This document shows positions 21,542 to 32,961 of a DNA stretch of 64,000 bases, piece after piece (within the stretch, counting starts at the first letter, position 1; each line of letters begins with the position of its first letter). The stretch is from NCBI RefSeq assembly GCF_009914755.1, contig NC_060939.1; one strand, 5' to 3'. The DNA comes from the human T2T-CHM13v2.0 reference genome, Homo sapiens. The notes beneath the pieces are model-generated. The model searched no databases and was not told the DNA's origin. It saw only the letters and a list, made by a program, of their open reading frames with translations. The position numbers were made by a program, and so were the translations under genes.

Positions 21542-21931
21542 GTATTCGTGATTTCCCTTCCTCTTGCTCCTTTTATAAGTGTCTTAGCGATTTGTAAGAA
21601 GGTTTATGTATTTTGAAGGACATAGGTTTTAGCCTGTTGGGGGAAGTATTTTAAAGTAAGATTGTAATGCACTAATAATGGACGCAAGGCTTAAAAAACT
21701 TGATCTGTTTATTTTATGTTTGTCCTGGAAGTCAGCCTCGGCATGCAGGAAGAGTGTATATGGATTGTGTTATTTTTGCTATAATCATTAGTTTGTTGGT
21801 ATTCTTACTGTTTTACTGTTGTTGCGTGTGGAGAAATGACTGGGTGAGATCACAGGTGATGGAGAGAGACAGCGCTCAGCTGAGAGACCAGTGCTGGCCT
21901 GTCTCTCCTCTGTCCTGTGAAAACCCTGCTC

Positions 21932-22140
21932 CAGGAGGGTCCAGTCTTTTGGTTTCCCTGGGCCACACTGGAAGAAGAATTGTCTTGGGCTACACATAAA
22001 ATACACTTATGATAGCTGATGAGCTTAAAAAAAGAATCCCAAAAATATCTCATGATGTTTTAAGAAATTTTACTTTGGGCCACATTCAAAGCTGCCCTGG
22101 GCCACATGCTGCCCTCGGGCCGTGGGTTGAACAAGCTTGA
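21932..22140. mobile_element. MER30 DNA transposon
   Basis: TCTTTTGGTTTCCCTGGGCCACACTGGAAGAAGAATTGTCTTGGG..GGGTTGAACAAGCTTG. Confidence 0.85.
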
Positions 22141-23123
22141 TCTACTCAGTAAGCTCGGCTCCCAAAGCAATACCTTCCTTTCCTCACCATGAAGGCTGTG
22201 GTTAGGGTCAAAATAAAAGCTACAAAAGCCTTCCTCCCTAGCAAAACTAAAGCTGAAGTGTTTGATCATCATCTTTTGTCTTTCTAATAAAACCCTCTAA
22301 CTTAATGACAAGAACCACGGTTTTCTCGACATAGTAATTTTTCCCTTTTATTACAGTGGTTTCTTGTAACAACCCGTCATGTCCCTCTTCCAGCCCCTCC
22401 CCTTTTTGCCCTGCTTCTAGAATGTACAGAACTGAGTGTAGTGTTTAGATGCAGTAATGAACTGAGCAGAGGTCTGGAGCATGCTTCTCCTCTAGTCCTC
22501 TGTAGCACTCATTTATCACCATATCTGTGGCATCCTGGCGTTTGCGTGGTTGCGCCCCAGGTGTTTGCTGCCCCTCCTGGTTTGCGGTGATGTGTCTGTT
22601 CTGGTCAGTGCTGTGGGGCGTGGCCTTGTGTATGTCTTAGGCTGTCGAGGTGTCCCAGCGTATGGTTTTGCATTTGCCTCTCCGGGGTCCTGAGGGTTCT
22701 GTAGGTTTCACAGACTCCAGGTGAGTTTCGGTGGTCATTTCCTGACCTGTGATATCTATACCTAGATGAGCGGTGTGCTTTTGATTTCACTTCTACTCAC
22801 AGGGCAAGGCCGGGTCTCTGATTTCTCATGGGGCCTCTTGCTACCCAAAGCCTGGGACGGGCAGTGTGTTGCCCCCTGGCTGCGGTTGGCTGGCAGGCAG
22901 GTGATCCTGAGTGGCTCCCAGCCTTCTGCAGGAAGCTCGAGTTCAGTGGGTCCTTGTGTGCATTCCCGTGTGGGAGGTTGTGCTGAAGCCTGGCGGCTTG
23001 GCTCTGCTTTCAGAGCCCGGAACCTCTTGACTCCTGCTGTGTGTGCCCACGTGAATTTTGGTTTTGCACTTGAGGAGTTTCCCTGTGTACTCTCAGCTCT
23101 GCAGTCTAATTTTTAGCAGCTCT

Positions 23124-23385
23124 TTTTTTTTTTTAGACAGGGTGTCACTTTGTCACCCAGGCTGGAATGCAGTGGTACAGTCTTGGCCTGCCAGGTTCAA
23201 GTGATTCTCCTGCCTCAGCCTCCCAAGTAGCTGGGACTACAGGTGTGTACCATCACACCCGGCTGATTTTTTTATAGAGATGGGGTTTCATCATGTTGGC
23301 CAGGCTGATCTTGAACTCCTGATCTCAAGTGAGCTTTCCACGTCGGCCTCCCAAAGTGCTGGGATGACAGGCATGAGCCACCGCC
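23124..23385 (-). mobile_element. Alu with small internal deletions
   Basis: Antisense consensus match. Confidence 0.85.
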
Positions 23386-23727
23386 TGTGGCAGCTTTTGT
23401 GGTTACATTGTAGCCATTATTTCTGTGTTTGGTGCAGATTGTTGGGGCGGGGTGGAGGTTGCTGTTGCTAGTTGTTTAGCTCTTCTGCTCATCTTGAGCT
23501 TTTCCATATATGTGTTCATAGTGGGGTTAAAAAAAATTCCTCTAGAAAATACTTCAACTATTGTGGGTAAGAGTTTTTTTAGTCCAGTTTTTAAAAATAC
23601 GTAAACTGAGAAGTTATTTTGTCTATTTAGATAATACTTCAAATTGACTTTTATTCAGTGTTTAATAAGACTTTGAAATTCACTCATTTTTAGGGGTTCT
23701 AAGTGAAAATTGTTTTTCTCCTTTCAG

Positions 23728-23954
23728 TTGCATGCTGCCATTAGTCACCAGGTTGACCTGGAATTCCTTGGTTTAGGTCTGGGCAGCGTCTTCCTGAACA
23801 GCCTGAAGCAGAAGGTGGTGACCCTGGCAAGCAGCGCAGACGTGCTGAGCACCGTGCAGTCGGCCTCCCAGGCCATGCTGCAGAGCGGCTGGTCCATGCT
23901 GTTGCCCACCGCTGAGAAGCAGGCCCGGGCACTCTGCTCTCCTGTCCTGCGGAG
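23728..23954 (+). pseudogene. HERC2P: HERC2 pseudo-exon B (2-nt deletion near 3' end)
   Basis: ctttcag| LHAAISHQVDLEFLGLGLGSVFLNSLKQKVVTLASSADVLSTVQSASQAMLQSGWSMLLPTAEKQARAL.. |gtgggc. Confidence 0.92.
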
Positions 23955-24046
23955 GTGGGCTCGGGGAAGGAACAGGAGAGGGCATGGGTCAGGGTGCTGG
24001 GAGGGGATGGCGTTTCACTCAAATTGGCACACACTTTCTATTTCAG

Positions 24047-24171
24047 TTTCAGGCAATGAAGTGAGCATAAGTCCAGGTCATCGATTGGTGATTGATCTTC
24101 TGGTGGGCAGCTTGATGGCTGATGGAGGGTTGGAGTCAGCCTTACACGCAGCCATTACTGCAGAGATCCAG
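24047..24171 (+). pseudogene. HERC2P: HERC2 pseudo-exon C
   Basis: tttcag| SGNEVSISPGHRLVIDLLVGSLMADGGLESALHAAITAEIQ |gtatgg. Confidence 0.92.
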
Positions 24172-24634
24172 GTATGGCCTTGGAGGCACACGTGACCTGG
24201 TGGTGGGCTGAGATCGGAAATACCACACTCACACATGTGAAGAATAACTGAAAACAGTAAAACACTAAACTTATATCCAAGTATTTTTTTAAATTAAAAT
24301 TCTTTTATGTGCTAATTTTAAAAATTATTGAGATGATTTGTGATAAAATACTGCATGTTGTCTGTTTCAGTGAAGTTAACAGGTAACCTGTTCCTCATGT
24401 AGACCATTCCCGTCACCCGGAAAGATCCCTGTGCTCCTTGGCACTTGCAGCCAGGATACTCCCCTGCCCTGAGATTAGATTCATTTTTCCTGCTCTGAGT
24501 GTCACAGCAATATAACTGTATAGTATGCACTCTTTCCTGCTTTGCCTTGGAGAATGATTTTCAGATTCGCTCACTGTTGTGTGCATTGCGACTTCGTTTT
24601 TATTATTGGGAAGTTTTCCATTTTATAGGTGTAG

Positions 24635-25014
<380 letters not shown>

Positions 25015-25532
25015 TAGAGCTGCCACGATTGTGCTGTGAACAAGTACTTTAGTGAACATACGTTCTCCCTTTGGGTAAACACTTGGAGTGGAATTTGTTA
25101 GGTCCTGGGGTAAGTGTGTGTTCATAGTTTCCCAAAGTGGCTTTGCCATTTACATTTGAACCAGTGTGTGTGAGAATTCTAGCTCCTTCTTGTCCTTACA
25201 AAGCAGCTGGATGCTGCGTGTGTGGGGCAGATCACATTGGGTTTTGTGAGAGCCAGTAGCAGGGTTAAGGATTTTAGGGACTTCACAGAAGGAGGCTGGA
25301 GAGCATCAGCAGAGGCAGCCTGGACCTTGGATCTGTAAACAGAAGACACTGTTTGAAACTGCACAACTGAGTTAGGGTTTCCAACAAGGCAGGTGGGGGC
25401 CTGTGGGTAGGTGTGTGCGGCAGCCACAGAGGCTGGGATAGCTTGGCACTGGGGTCAGGGCTCAGCCAGCCTATGTGTCTTCACACCTGGTAATGAGATC
25501 ACTTGTAAACAATTTCTGTTTATGAATTACAG

Positions 25533-25711
25533 GATATTGAAGCCAAAAAAGAAGGACAGAAGGAAAAAGAAATTGATGAACAGGAAGCAAATGCCTCAAC
25601 ATTTCATAGAAGGAGGACTCCATTGGATAAAGACCTTATTAATACGGGGATCTGTGAGTCTTCTGGCAAACAGTGTTTGCCTCTGGTTCAGCTCATACAA
25701 CAGCTTCTTAG
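25533..25711 (+). pseudogene. HERC2P: HERC2 pseudo-exon D
   Basis: attacag| DIEAKKEGQKEKEIDEQEANASTFHRRRTPLDKDLINTGICESSGKQCLPLVQLIQQLL |gtaaat. Confidence 0.92.
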
Positions 25712-25739
25712 GTAAATCATATTAGCTGTATTGTATTGT

Positions 25740-26394
<655 letters not shown>

Positions 26395-27134
26395 TGATTA
26401 TTGGTTTTCATATTAAGATAGTGAAATCTAGCGCAAGGATCTCAAAAATTTGTTTGATGATTGAAGGAATATTCTGAAAATTACCTAGTATAGATTTTAG
26501 GGTAAAGAGCAGACCCTTTTCGATATAGGTGAGAGGAGAAGTTGGAGAGCGTGATGATGTTCAAAAGTTTTTCACAGAAGAGAAATTGGGGCGTGCAGTA
26601 AACCTGTAAAAAGATTCTTGCTAATAAGCAGGTGGATGTAAATGAAAATCATCATGGAAGGTTATTTTTAAAACTGGTTCTATCATTGCCTCACTTTATA
26701 TATTACAGAGTTATACATACTACTTTGTAAGATAACTTTTCTTTTCAAAACTAAAGTCAATGTGAAAGAATGGTGAGCATTGTTTTGGAAGGCCCGACTA
26801 GGAGGAGGTGGGAAGAAGTGAGACTCAGCCTGTGAACAGACGCTAACCTTGGCAGAAGCCAAAACGGTCAGACAGTGTTGTCTAAAAATGATCATTCAAG
26901 AAGAGTGAAAAAACAAAGTGATTTGTGAAAGAGATTTATTAGAAAATGAAACACATTTATACCTCTGTTTAATAAAAATCTGCTTTTTGTCAAATCGTGC
27001 TCCTGGTTTTTGTTTCTACACATAGAGAAAGCAGAGCCCTGGCAGGTTTGATCAGGCAGCCGAGCACAGAGCAGGGAGCCCTGGGCAGTGGCTGCAGCTC
27101 TCAGCTGGCCTCTTCATGGGGCCACGGTGCATCT

Positions 27135-27210
27135 GCGGCGTGGGGTTGGGCCTGCGGCGTGGGGTGGGCCTGTGGCGTGGGGTGGGTCCGTGGCGTGGGG
27201 TGGGCCTGCT
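27135..27210. repeat. 18-bp G-rich minisatellite, about 4 copies
   Basis: GYGGCGTGGGGTGGGCCT repeated. Confidence 0.9.
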
Positions 27211-27929
27211 GTCCACAGCCAGAAAAACGAACTTAGTGGACGCACAGTGACATTTTGAAACAGGAAGTTTTAGAGCTAGTTTCTATCATAGATTTTAGTA
27301 AATGCTATTTTGAAAAACATTTTTCCGATGTTTGTTTTGTTTTTCTAGTCTGATAATGCATATTTCACACATTCTGATCTTTAACCAGTGGAAATTAGAG
27401 AACTAAACAATATAGTTTGTGTTAATGGAAAGAGCTTGGGATTTGTTCTCAGAAAATTTCAGTTGCAACAGTTTGTTCATATAGGTGGACTTCCAACACA
27501 GTAACTATAGGAGTAAGAATAAAAGCTGTGTTTACTTTCACAGAGTTAATTAAGAATACATGAGAAAATGGATGTTAACAACTTTGTAATTAAAATTTAA
27601 AGTTACATGCAAAGTTTTAAAGTGAGCATTTTCCAGGAAGAGGTGATTTTCTAAGTTCTTGAATGCCTCTCCCTTTTGTGAGGAGGCTGCGTCGTGGGCT
27701 GTTGGTGTCTTTGGCAGAAGGTGAGTCTAGGGTTCCTGTTGTGGGTCCTTTGTTCTCACGAGGACAGTGCCCGTTTTCCCCGTCTCATGCTTGCCCAGAC
27801 TGTTCCCGTGCGCAGAGAGACTGGCCTGTTTCACCTGCAGCTGTGCTGTTTGAGCTGCAGCTGTGTAGCCTGCACTGGCCCGTCTGCCTGGCACTCACAC
27901 CGTTTGCTGATCAGCACTTGAAGTGTGTC

Positions 27930-28280
27930 TATCATAGCTGAGACACTGAATATTTTATGTTTAATTTTTATTAAAATGCAGATTTAAAAACTTGATTCCA
28001 TTATTAGGTAGCATTTAAGTATGTTTAGAATCACTTGGCCATGTGAGTCTACTTCGTCAACGGTATCTTTTATGAGTCTAAGTGCAGATCAGATATTTTC
28101 AATGCAAATTTCACTGTCCAAATTGCAATGTACTACATATGTAAGCTACCCTGATGGTTTTTGAGGCCTTATTATAAAATAACCTATATAAAATATCTCA
28201 ACAATTTTTCTTATATTGATTTCATGTTGAAATGGTAATATTTTCAGTCTGTTGAGAGAAGTATGATACACTATTAAAAA
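27930..28280. mobile_element. MER33/MER3-like hAT DNA transposon
   Basis: AAAATATCTCAACAATTTTT..ATTGATTTCATGTTGAAATGGTAATATTTT. Confidence 0.55.
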
Positions 28281-29009
28281 TATTTTTATTTTTTGAGATA
28301 GAGTCTTGTTCTGTTGCCCAGGCTGGAGTGCAGTGGCACAATCTTGGCTGGACAGCACCCTGGACAGCATCATTTCCCACCTGGCAGGGCAGTCTCCTTA
28401 CAGGGAAGTCAATGAGGCACTAAAGAAGGCTCAGGGGACAGGGAGGACTTCTGTTGGGAAGAGGCTCCTAGACCCGGTTCTGCCTCCGACTTGCTGGGGG
28501 TCCTTGAGAAAGTTACTTCCCCTCTTTGGTCTCAGTTTCCTCAGGTGAGAAATGGGGGGTTGGGTCAAATGGTCTAAGGTTCTGGGAACCTCTAAATCAG
28601 AGCCCGTAGCTGGTGGTCAAGATGAGGGAGAGGCCCTCAGGGTCAGCTGAATGCCTGAGATGCAAGACGGGCCCAAAGATGAGCAACCTGAGCACATCAG
28701 GTGGGCTCAGAGCTGGCGCATGAGCCCCACAGCCTGCAGAGCAACCCTGGACTTAGAAGCCCGCTTGCACCAGCCCGGTGGGACTTCAGAGATGTGGGGC
28801 CCAGCCTCTCCTACTATTGCAGGGCTGAGGGCTGGGAGCCGCAGATTCTGACCCCACAGCTGCCTTAGACATGCCAGATGGGCTGCGGTGAGACACACCC
28901 CTCTCTATGAAATGAGCAGTCAGTCCAAATAGATACTCCAAAGAAGGGCTGTGGGAGGGATCTAGCACCACTGCACTAGAGCCTGGGCAACAGAGCGAGA
29001 CTCCGTCTC

Positions 29010-29040
<31 letters not shown>

Positions 29041-29653
29041 TCAACTTTCACTAAAGGCAGAGTAGCTTGTTATAGATTAGCTTCCCCACAAGAACAGTTA
29101 GAGAAACTGGACAAAAATGTGCCCCCCCATCAAAAGCAATTGTTTGAAGGTAATGGGAGACTTCAGCCAGAACTTGAGTGACCAGGCCTGGGAGGTGATC
29201 CTGACAGTCTGTAGTGCTTTCCCACATTTGGTGATTGGTCAACAGTAGAGGGCTAAGAGGCTAAGAAACTGAGTATTATGAAGTGGTAGTTAACAGGCTG
29301 GAAAGCCTAGCTGAATGTTTGGCACTCTCACAGGGCTGAATGAGAATTTGGGTCCCAGGAAGGAGATGGGACCTTGGTGGCAACTCTGGAAGGGCCACCC
29401 CTAGGAGTCCAAATGAATAAAAAATAGACCAGCCGTCACAAACTAAAACCTGCTTTGAACTAGCTTAGTCCCAAACTAGATGAAGGCAATCTGCTCTTAC
29501 TCCAATTGTGTGCCATAAAGTCAAAGTCAATACTCTCTGGAGGCACATAAAAGTTTACTAGGAATGCCATAAAACAAAACAAGACTAAATGAGAAAGACC
29601 AAGAAGAAAAACAATAGAAACATACATAGATATCAGAGTCCTCAGGTAGAAAC

Positions 29654-29912
29654 TTTTTTTTTTTTTTTTTTTGAGATGGAATCTCGCTCTCATCCAGGCT
29701 GGAATGCGGTGGTGTGATCTTGGCTCACTGCAGCCTCCTGAGTAGCTGTGATTACAGGCGTGCACAACCACGCCCGGCTAACTTGTATTTTTAGTAGAGA
29801 CGGGGTTTCATCATGTTGGCCAGGCTGGTCTTGAACTCCTGACCTCAGGTGATCCACCCCCTCTAGGTCTCCCAAAGTGCTGTGGTTGTAGGTTTCGGCC
29901 ACAAGGCCTGGC
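29654..29912 (-). mobile_element. AluS with internal deletion
   Basis: Antisense consensus match; jump CACTGCAGCCTCC|TGAGTAGC. Confidence 0.85.
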
Positions 29913-30044
29913 TAGTATTTTACCACAATTTAAAGTAAATTTTCTTTTCTTTTTTTTTTTTTTTTTCAAGTTTGTGCTCAGACTATATTCACACAGTGAC
30001 ATGGCGGCTTATGCTTCTGTAGGCCTTGTTGACAGTGCCAACTT

Positions 30045-30320
30045 TTAGATATTGATGATCTTCATCTTTCTCTTGTCTCCTCGGTAGAAGAATGGGATGC
30101 AGGAGGTACTGCCTAATCCTGGGCACTGCTGGGCGTTCTTCATCCCACAAAACAGCTGCATGATCTCCTGTGCAGTGGGGTTGTCCTGCGGAGAACCCTC
30201 CCCAGCCTCTCCTCCTGCAGGCTCCACACTGCCAGTGTGGCTCATATTACAAAGAACTTTGGAGGGAGGGAGGCAGGGCTCTGAGCACCGCTCCTCGTGC
30301 TCTGGCAGCCTCTCCTGCAT
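30045..30320 (-). other. GOLGA6L2: GM130/GOLGA2-like C-terminal coding segment, out of frame in this allele
   Basis: End of ORF 30045-32966: ..DNPTAQEIMQLFCGMKNAQQCPGLGSTSCIPFFYRGDKRKMKIINI*. Confidence 0.85.
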
Positions 30321-32940
30321 CTTCTCTTTCTGATCTCGTATCCTCTCCTCCTTCTCTCGCATCATCTCCTCCTGCCCCCACATCTTCTCCTCCTGCCCCC
30401 ACATCTTCTCCTCCTGGCCCCACATCTTCTCCTCCTGGCCCCGCATCTTCTCCTCCTGCTCCCGCATCTTCTCCTCCTGGCCCCGCATCTTCTCCTCCTG
30501 CTCCCGCATCTTCTCCTCCTGGCCCTGCATCTTCTCCTCCTGCTCCCGCATCTTCTCCTCCTGCTCCCGCATCTTCTCCTCCTGGCCCCCGCATCTTCTC
30601 CTCCTGTCCCCCGCATCTTCTCCTCCTGCCCCCCGCATCTTCTCCTCCTGCCCCCCGCATCTTCTCCTCCTGCCCCCGCATCTTCTCCTCCTGGCCCCGC
30701 ATCTTCTCCTCCTGCCCCCGCATCTTCTCCTCCTGCCCCCCGCATCTTCTCCTCCTGGCCCCACATCTTCTCCTCCTGCCCCCACATCTTCTCCTCCTGG
30801 CCCCACATCTTCTCCTCCTGCCCCCACATCTTCTCCTCCTGCCCCCACATCTTCTCCTCCTGCCCCCGCATCTTCTCCTCCTGCCCCCGCATCTTCTCCT
30901 CCTGGCCCCGCATCTTCTCCTCCTGGTCCCGCATCTTCTCCTCCTGCTCCCATATCTTCTCCTGCTCCTGCATCTTCTCGTGTTCCCACAGCTTCTCCTT
31001 CTGTTCCGGTAGCCTCTGCTGCTCCCACATCTTCTCTTCCTGCTCCCACATCTTCTCCTCCTGCTCCCACATCTCCTCCTCCTGCTCCTGCATCTTTTCT
31101 TCCTGCTCCTGCATCTTCTCCTCCTGCTCCCGCATCATCTCCTCCTCCTCCCGCATCTTCTTCTCCCGCTCCCGCATGCTCTCCTCCTCTCGCATCTTCT
31201 CCTGGTCCCATGTCTTCTTCTCCTGCTCCTGCGTCTTCTTCTCCTCCCGCATCTTCTCCACCTGCTGCCACATCTTCTGCTCCCGCATTCTCTCCTCCTT
31301 CTCCCGCAGCCTCTCGTCCTGCTCCCACATCCTCTCCTTCTGGTCCCACATCTTCTGCTCCTGATCCCGCATCTTCTCCTCCTGCTTCCGCATCTTCTCC
31401 TCCTGCTCCCACATCTGCTTCTCCTGCTCCTGCAGCCTCTCCTCCTGTCTCCACATCTTCCTGCTCCCGCATCTTCTCCTCCTGCCCCCACATCTTCTCC
31501 TCCTGCCCCCACATCTTCTCCTCCTGGCCCCACATCTTCTCCTCCTGGTCCCGCATCTTCTCCTGCTCCCATATCTTCTCCTCCTGCTCCTGCATCTTCT
31601 CCTGCTCTTGCATCTTCTCGTGTTCCCACAGCTTCTCCTTCTGTTCCGGCAGCCTCTGCTGCTCCCACATCTTCTCTTCCTGCTCCCACATCTTCTCCTC
31701 CTGCTCCCACATCTTCTCCTCCTGCTCCTGCATCTTCTCTTCCTGCTCCCACATCTTCTCCTCCTGCTCCTGCATCTTCTCTTCCTGCTCCTGCATCTTC
31801 TCCTCCTGCTCCCGCATCATCTCCTCCTCCTCCCGCATCTTCTTCTCCCGCTCCCGCATCCTCTCCTCCTCTCGCATCTTCTCCTCCTGGTCCCATGTCT
31901 TCTTCTCCTGCTCCTGCGTCTTCTTCTCCTCCCGCATCTTCTCCACCTGCTGCCACATCTTCTTCTGCTCCCGCATTCTCTCCTCCTTCTCCCGCAGCCT
32001 CTCGTCCTGCTCCCACATCCTCTCCTCCTGGTCCCACATCTTCTGCTCCTGATCCCGCATCTTCTCCTCCTGCTCCCACATCTGCTTCTCCTGCTCCTGC
32101 AGCCTCTCCTCCTGTCTCCACATCTTCCTGCTCCCGCATCTTCTCCTGCCGCCACATCTTCTTCTCCTGCCCCCACATCTCCTCCTGGTCCCGTATCTTC
32201 TCCTCCTGCTCCCATATCTTCTCCTCCTGCTCCTGCATCTTCTCCTGTTCCCACAGCTTCTCCTTCTGTTCCGGCAGCCTCTGCTGCTGCCACTCCTTCT
32301 CTTCCTGCTCCCACATATTCTCCTCCTGCTTCTGCATCTTCTCCTCCTGCTCCCGCATCGTCTCCTCCTCTTCCCGCATCTTCTTCTCCCGCTCCCGTAT
32401 CCTCTCCTCCTCTTGCATCTTCTCCTCCTGGTCCCGCGTCTTCTTCTCCTGCTCCTGCATCTTCTTCTCCTCCCGCATCTTCTCCACCTGCTCCCACATC
32501 TTCTCCTGCTCCCGCATCCTCTCCTCCTTCTCCCGTAGCCTCTCGTCCTGCTCCCACATCCTCTCCTCTTGGTCCCGCATCTTCTGCTCCTGCTCCCGCA
32601 TCTGCTTCTCCTGCTCCCACAGCCTCTCCTCCTGTCTCCACATCTTCTCTTCCTGCTCCCGCATCTTCTCCTCCTGCTCCCACATCTTCTCCTCCTGCTC
32701 CTGCATCTGCTCCTCCTGCTCCCGCAGCTCCTTCTGCTCCCGCAGCTCCTTCTCCTGCTCCCGCAGCTCCTTCTCCTGCTCTCGCAGCCTCTTCTCCTGT
32801 CTCCACATCTTCTCCTCCTGCTCCCGCATCTTCCCCTCCTGCTCCCGCAGTCTCTCCTCCTGTCTCCACATCTTCTCCTCCTGCTTCCGTATCTTCTTTT
32901 CCTGCTCCCGTAGCTCCTCCTCCTGCCTCCACATCTCCTC
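30320..32940 (-). repeat. Coding VNTR, 21-bp unit (GAGCAGGAGGAGAAGATGCGG, with 18- and 22-bp variants) plus a higher-order triplication
   Basis: Visible directly; encodes EQEEKMR heptads in the main frame. Confidence 0.97.
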
Positions 32941-32961
32941 CTGCAAAGTGTTGGTTTGAAC
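31135..32961 (-). CDS. GOLGA6L2: Exon 8, coding part (608 aa + TGA)
   Basis: ttccttttgag| VQTNTLQEEMWRQEEE..; same frame as ORF 31135-32946. Confidence 0.85.
   Translation of the reverse strand, partial: VQTNTLQEEMWRQEEELREQEKKIRKQEEKMWRQEERLREQEGKMREQEEKMWRQEKRLREQEKELREQEKELREQKELREQEEQMQEQEEKMWEQEEKMREQEEKMWRQEERLWEQEKQMREQEQKMRDQEERMWEQDERLREKEERMREQEKMWEQVEKMREEKKMQEQEKKTRDQEEKMQEEERIREREKKMREEEETMREQEEKMQKQEENMWEQEEKEWQQQRLPEQKEKLWEQEKMQEQEEKIWEQEEKIRDQEEMWGQEKKMWRQEKMREQEDVETGGEAAGAGEADVGAGGEDAGSGAEDVGPGGEDVGAGREAAGEGGENAGAEEDVAAGGEDAGGEEDAGAGEEDMGPGGEDARGGEDAGAGEEDAGGGGDDAGAGGEDAGAGREDAGAGGEDVGAGREDAGAGGEDVGAGGEDVGAGREDVGAAEAAGTEGEAVGTREDARAGEDAGAGGEDMGAGEDAGPGGEDVGPGGEDVGAGGEDVGAGGEDAGAGRCGDRRRGCRSRRSRCGSRRRRCGSRRRRCGIRSRRCGTRRRGCGSRTRGCGRRRRECGSRRCGSRWRRCGRRRRRRSRRRRHGTRRRCERRRACGSGRRRCGRRRR

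Noticed and set aside
29940-29966. A-rich tract ~80 nt past the KIINI stop as a sign of a retrocopy
   Set aside because: The gene has seven introns; no AATAAA just upstream and no TSD. More likely a genomic A-tract that could cause oligo-dT mispriming.
31135-31137. TGA as a selenocysteine or programmed readthrough codon
   Set aside because: Context is TGA-TGC, not TGA-CTAG, and no SECIS-like element was recognised.
30320-32940. CRISPR-like array
   Set aside because: Contiguous tandem units without unique spacers, in primate DNA.
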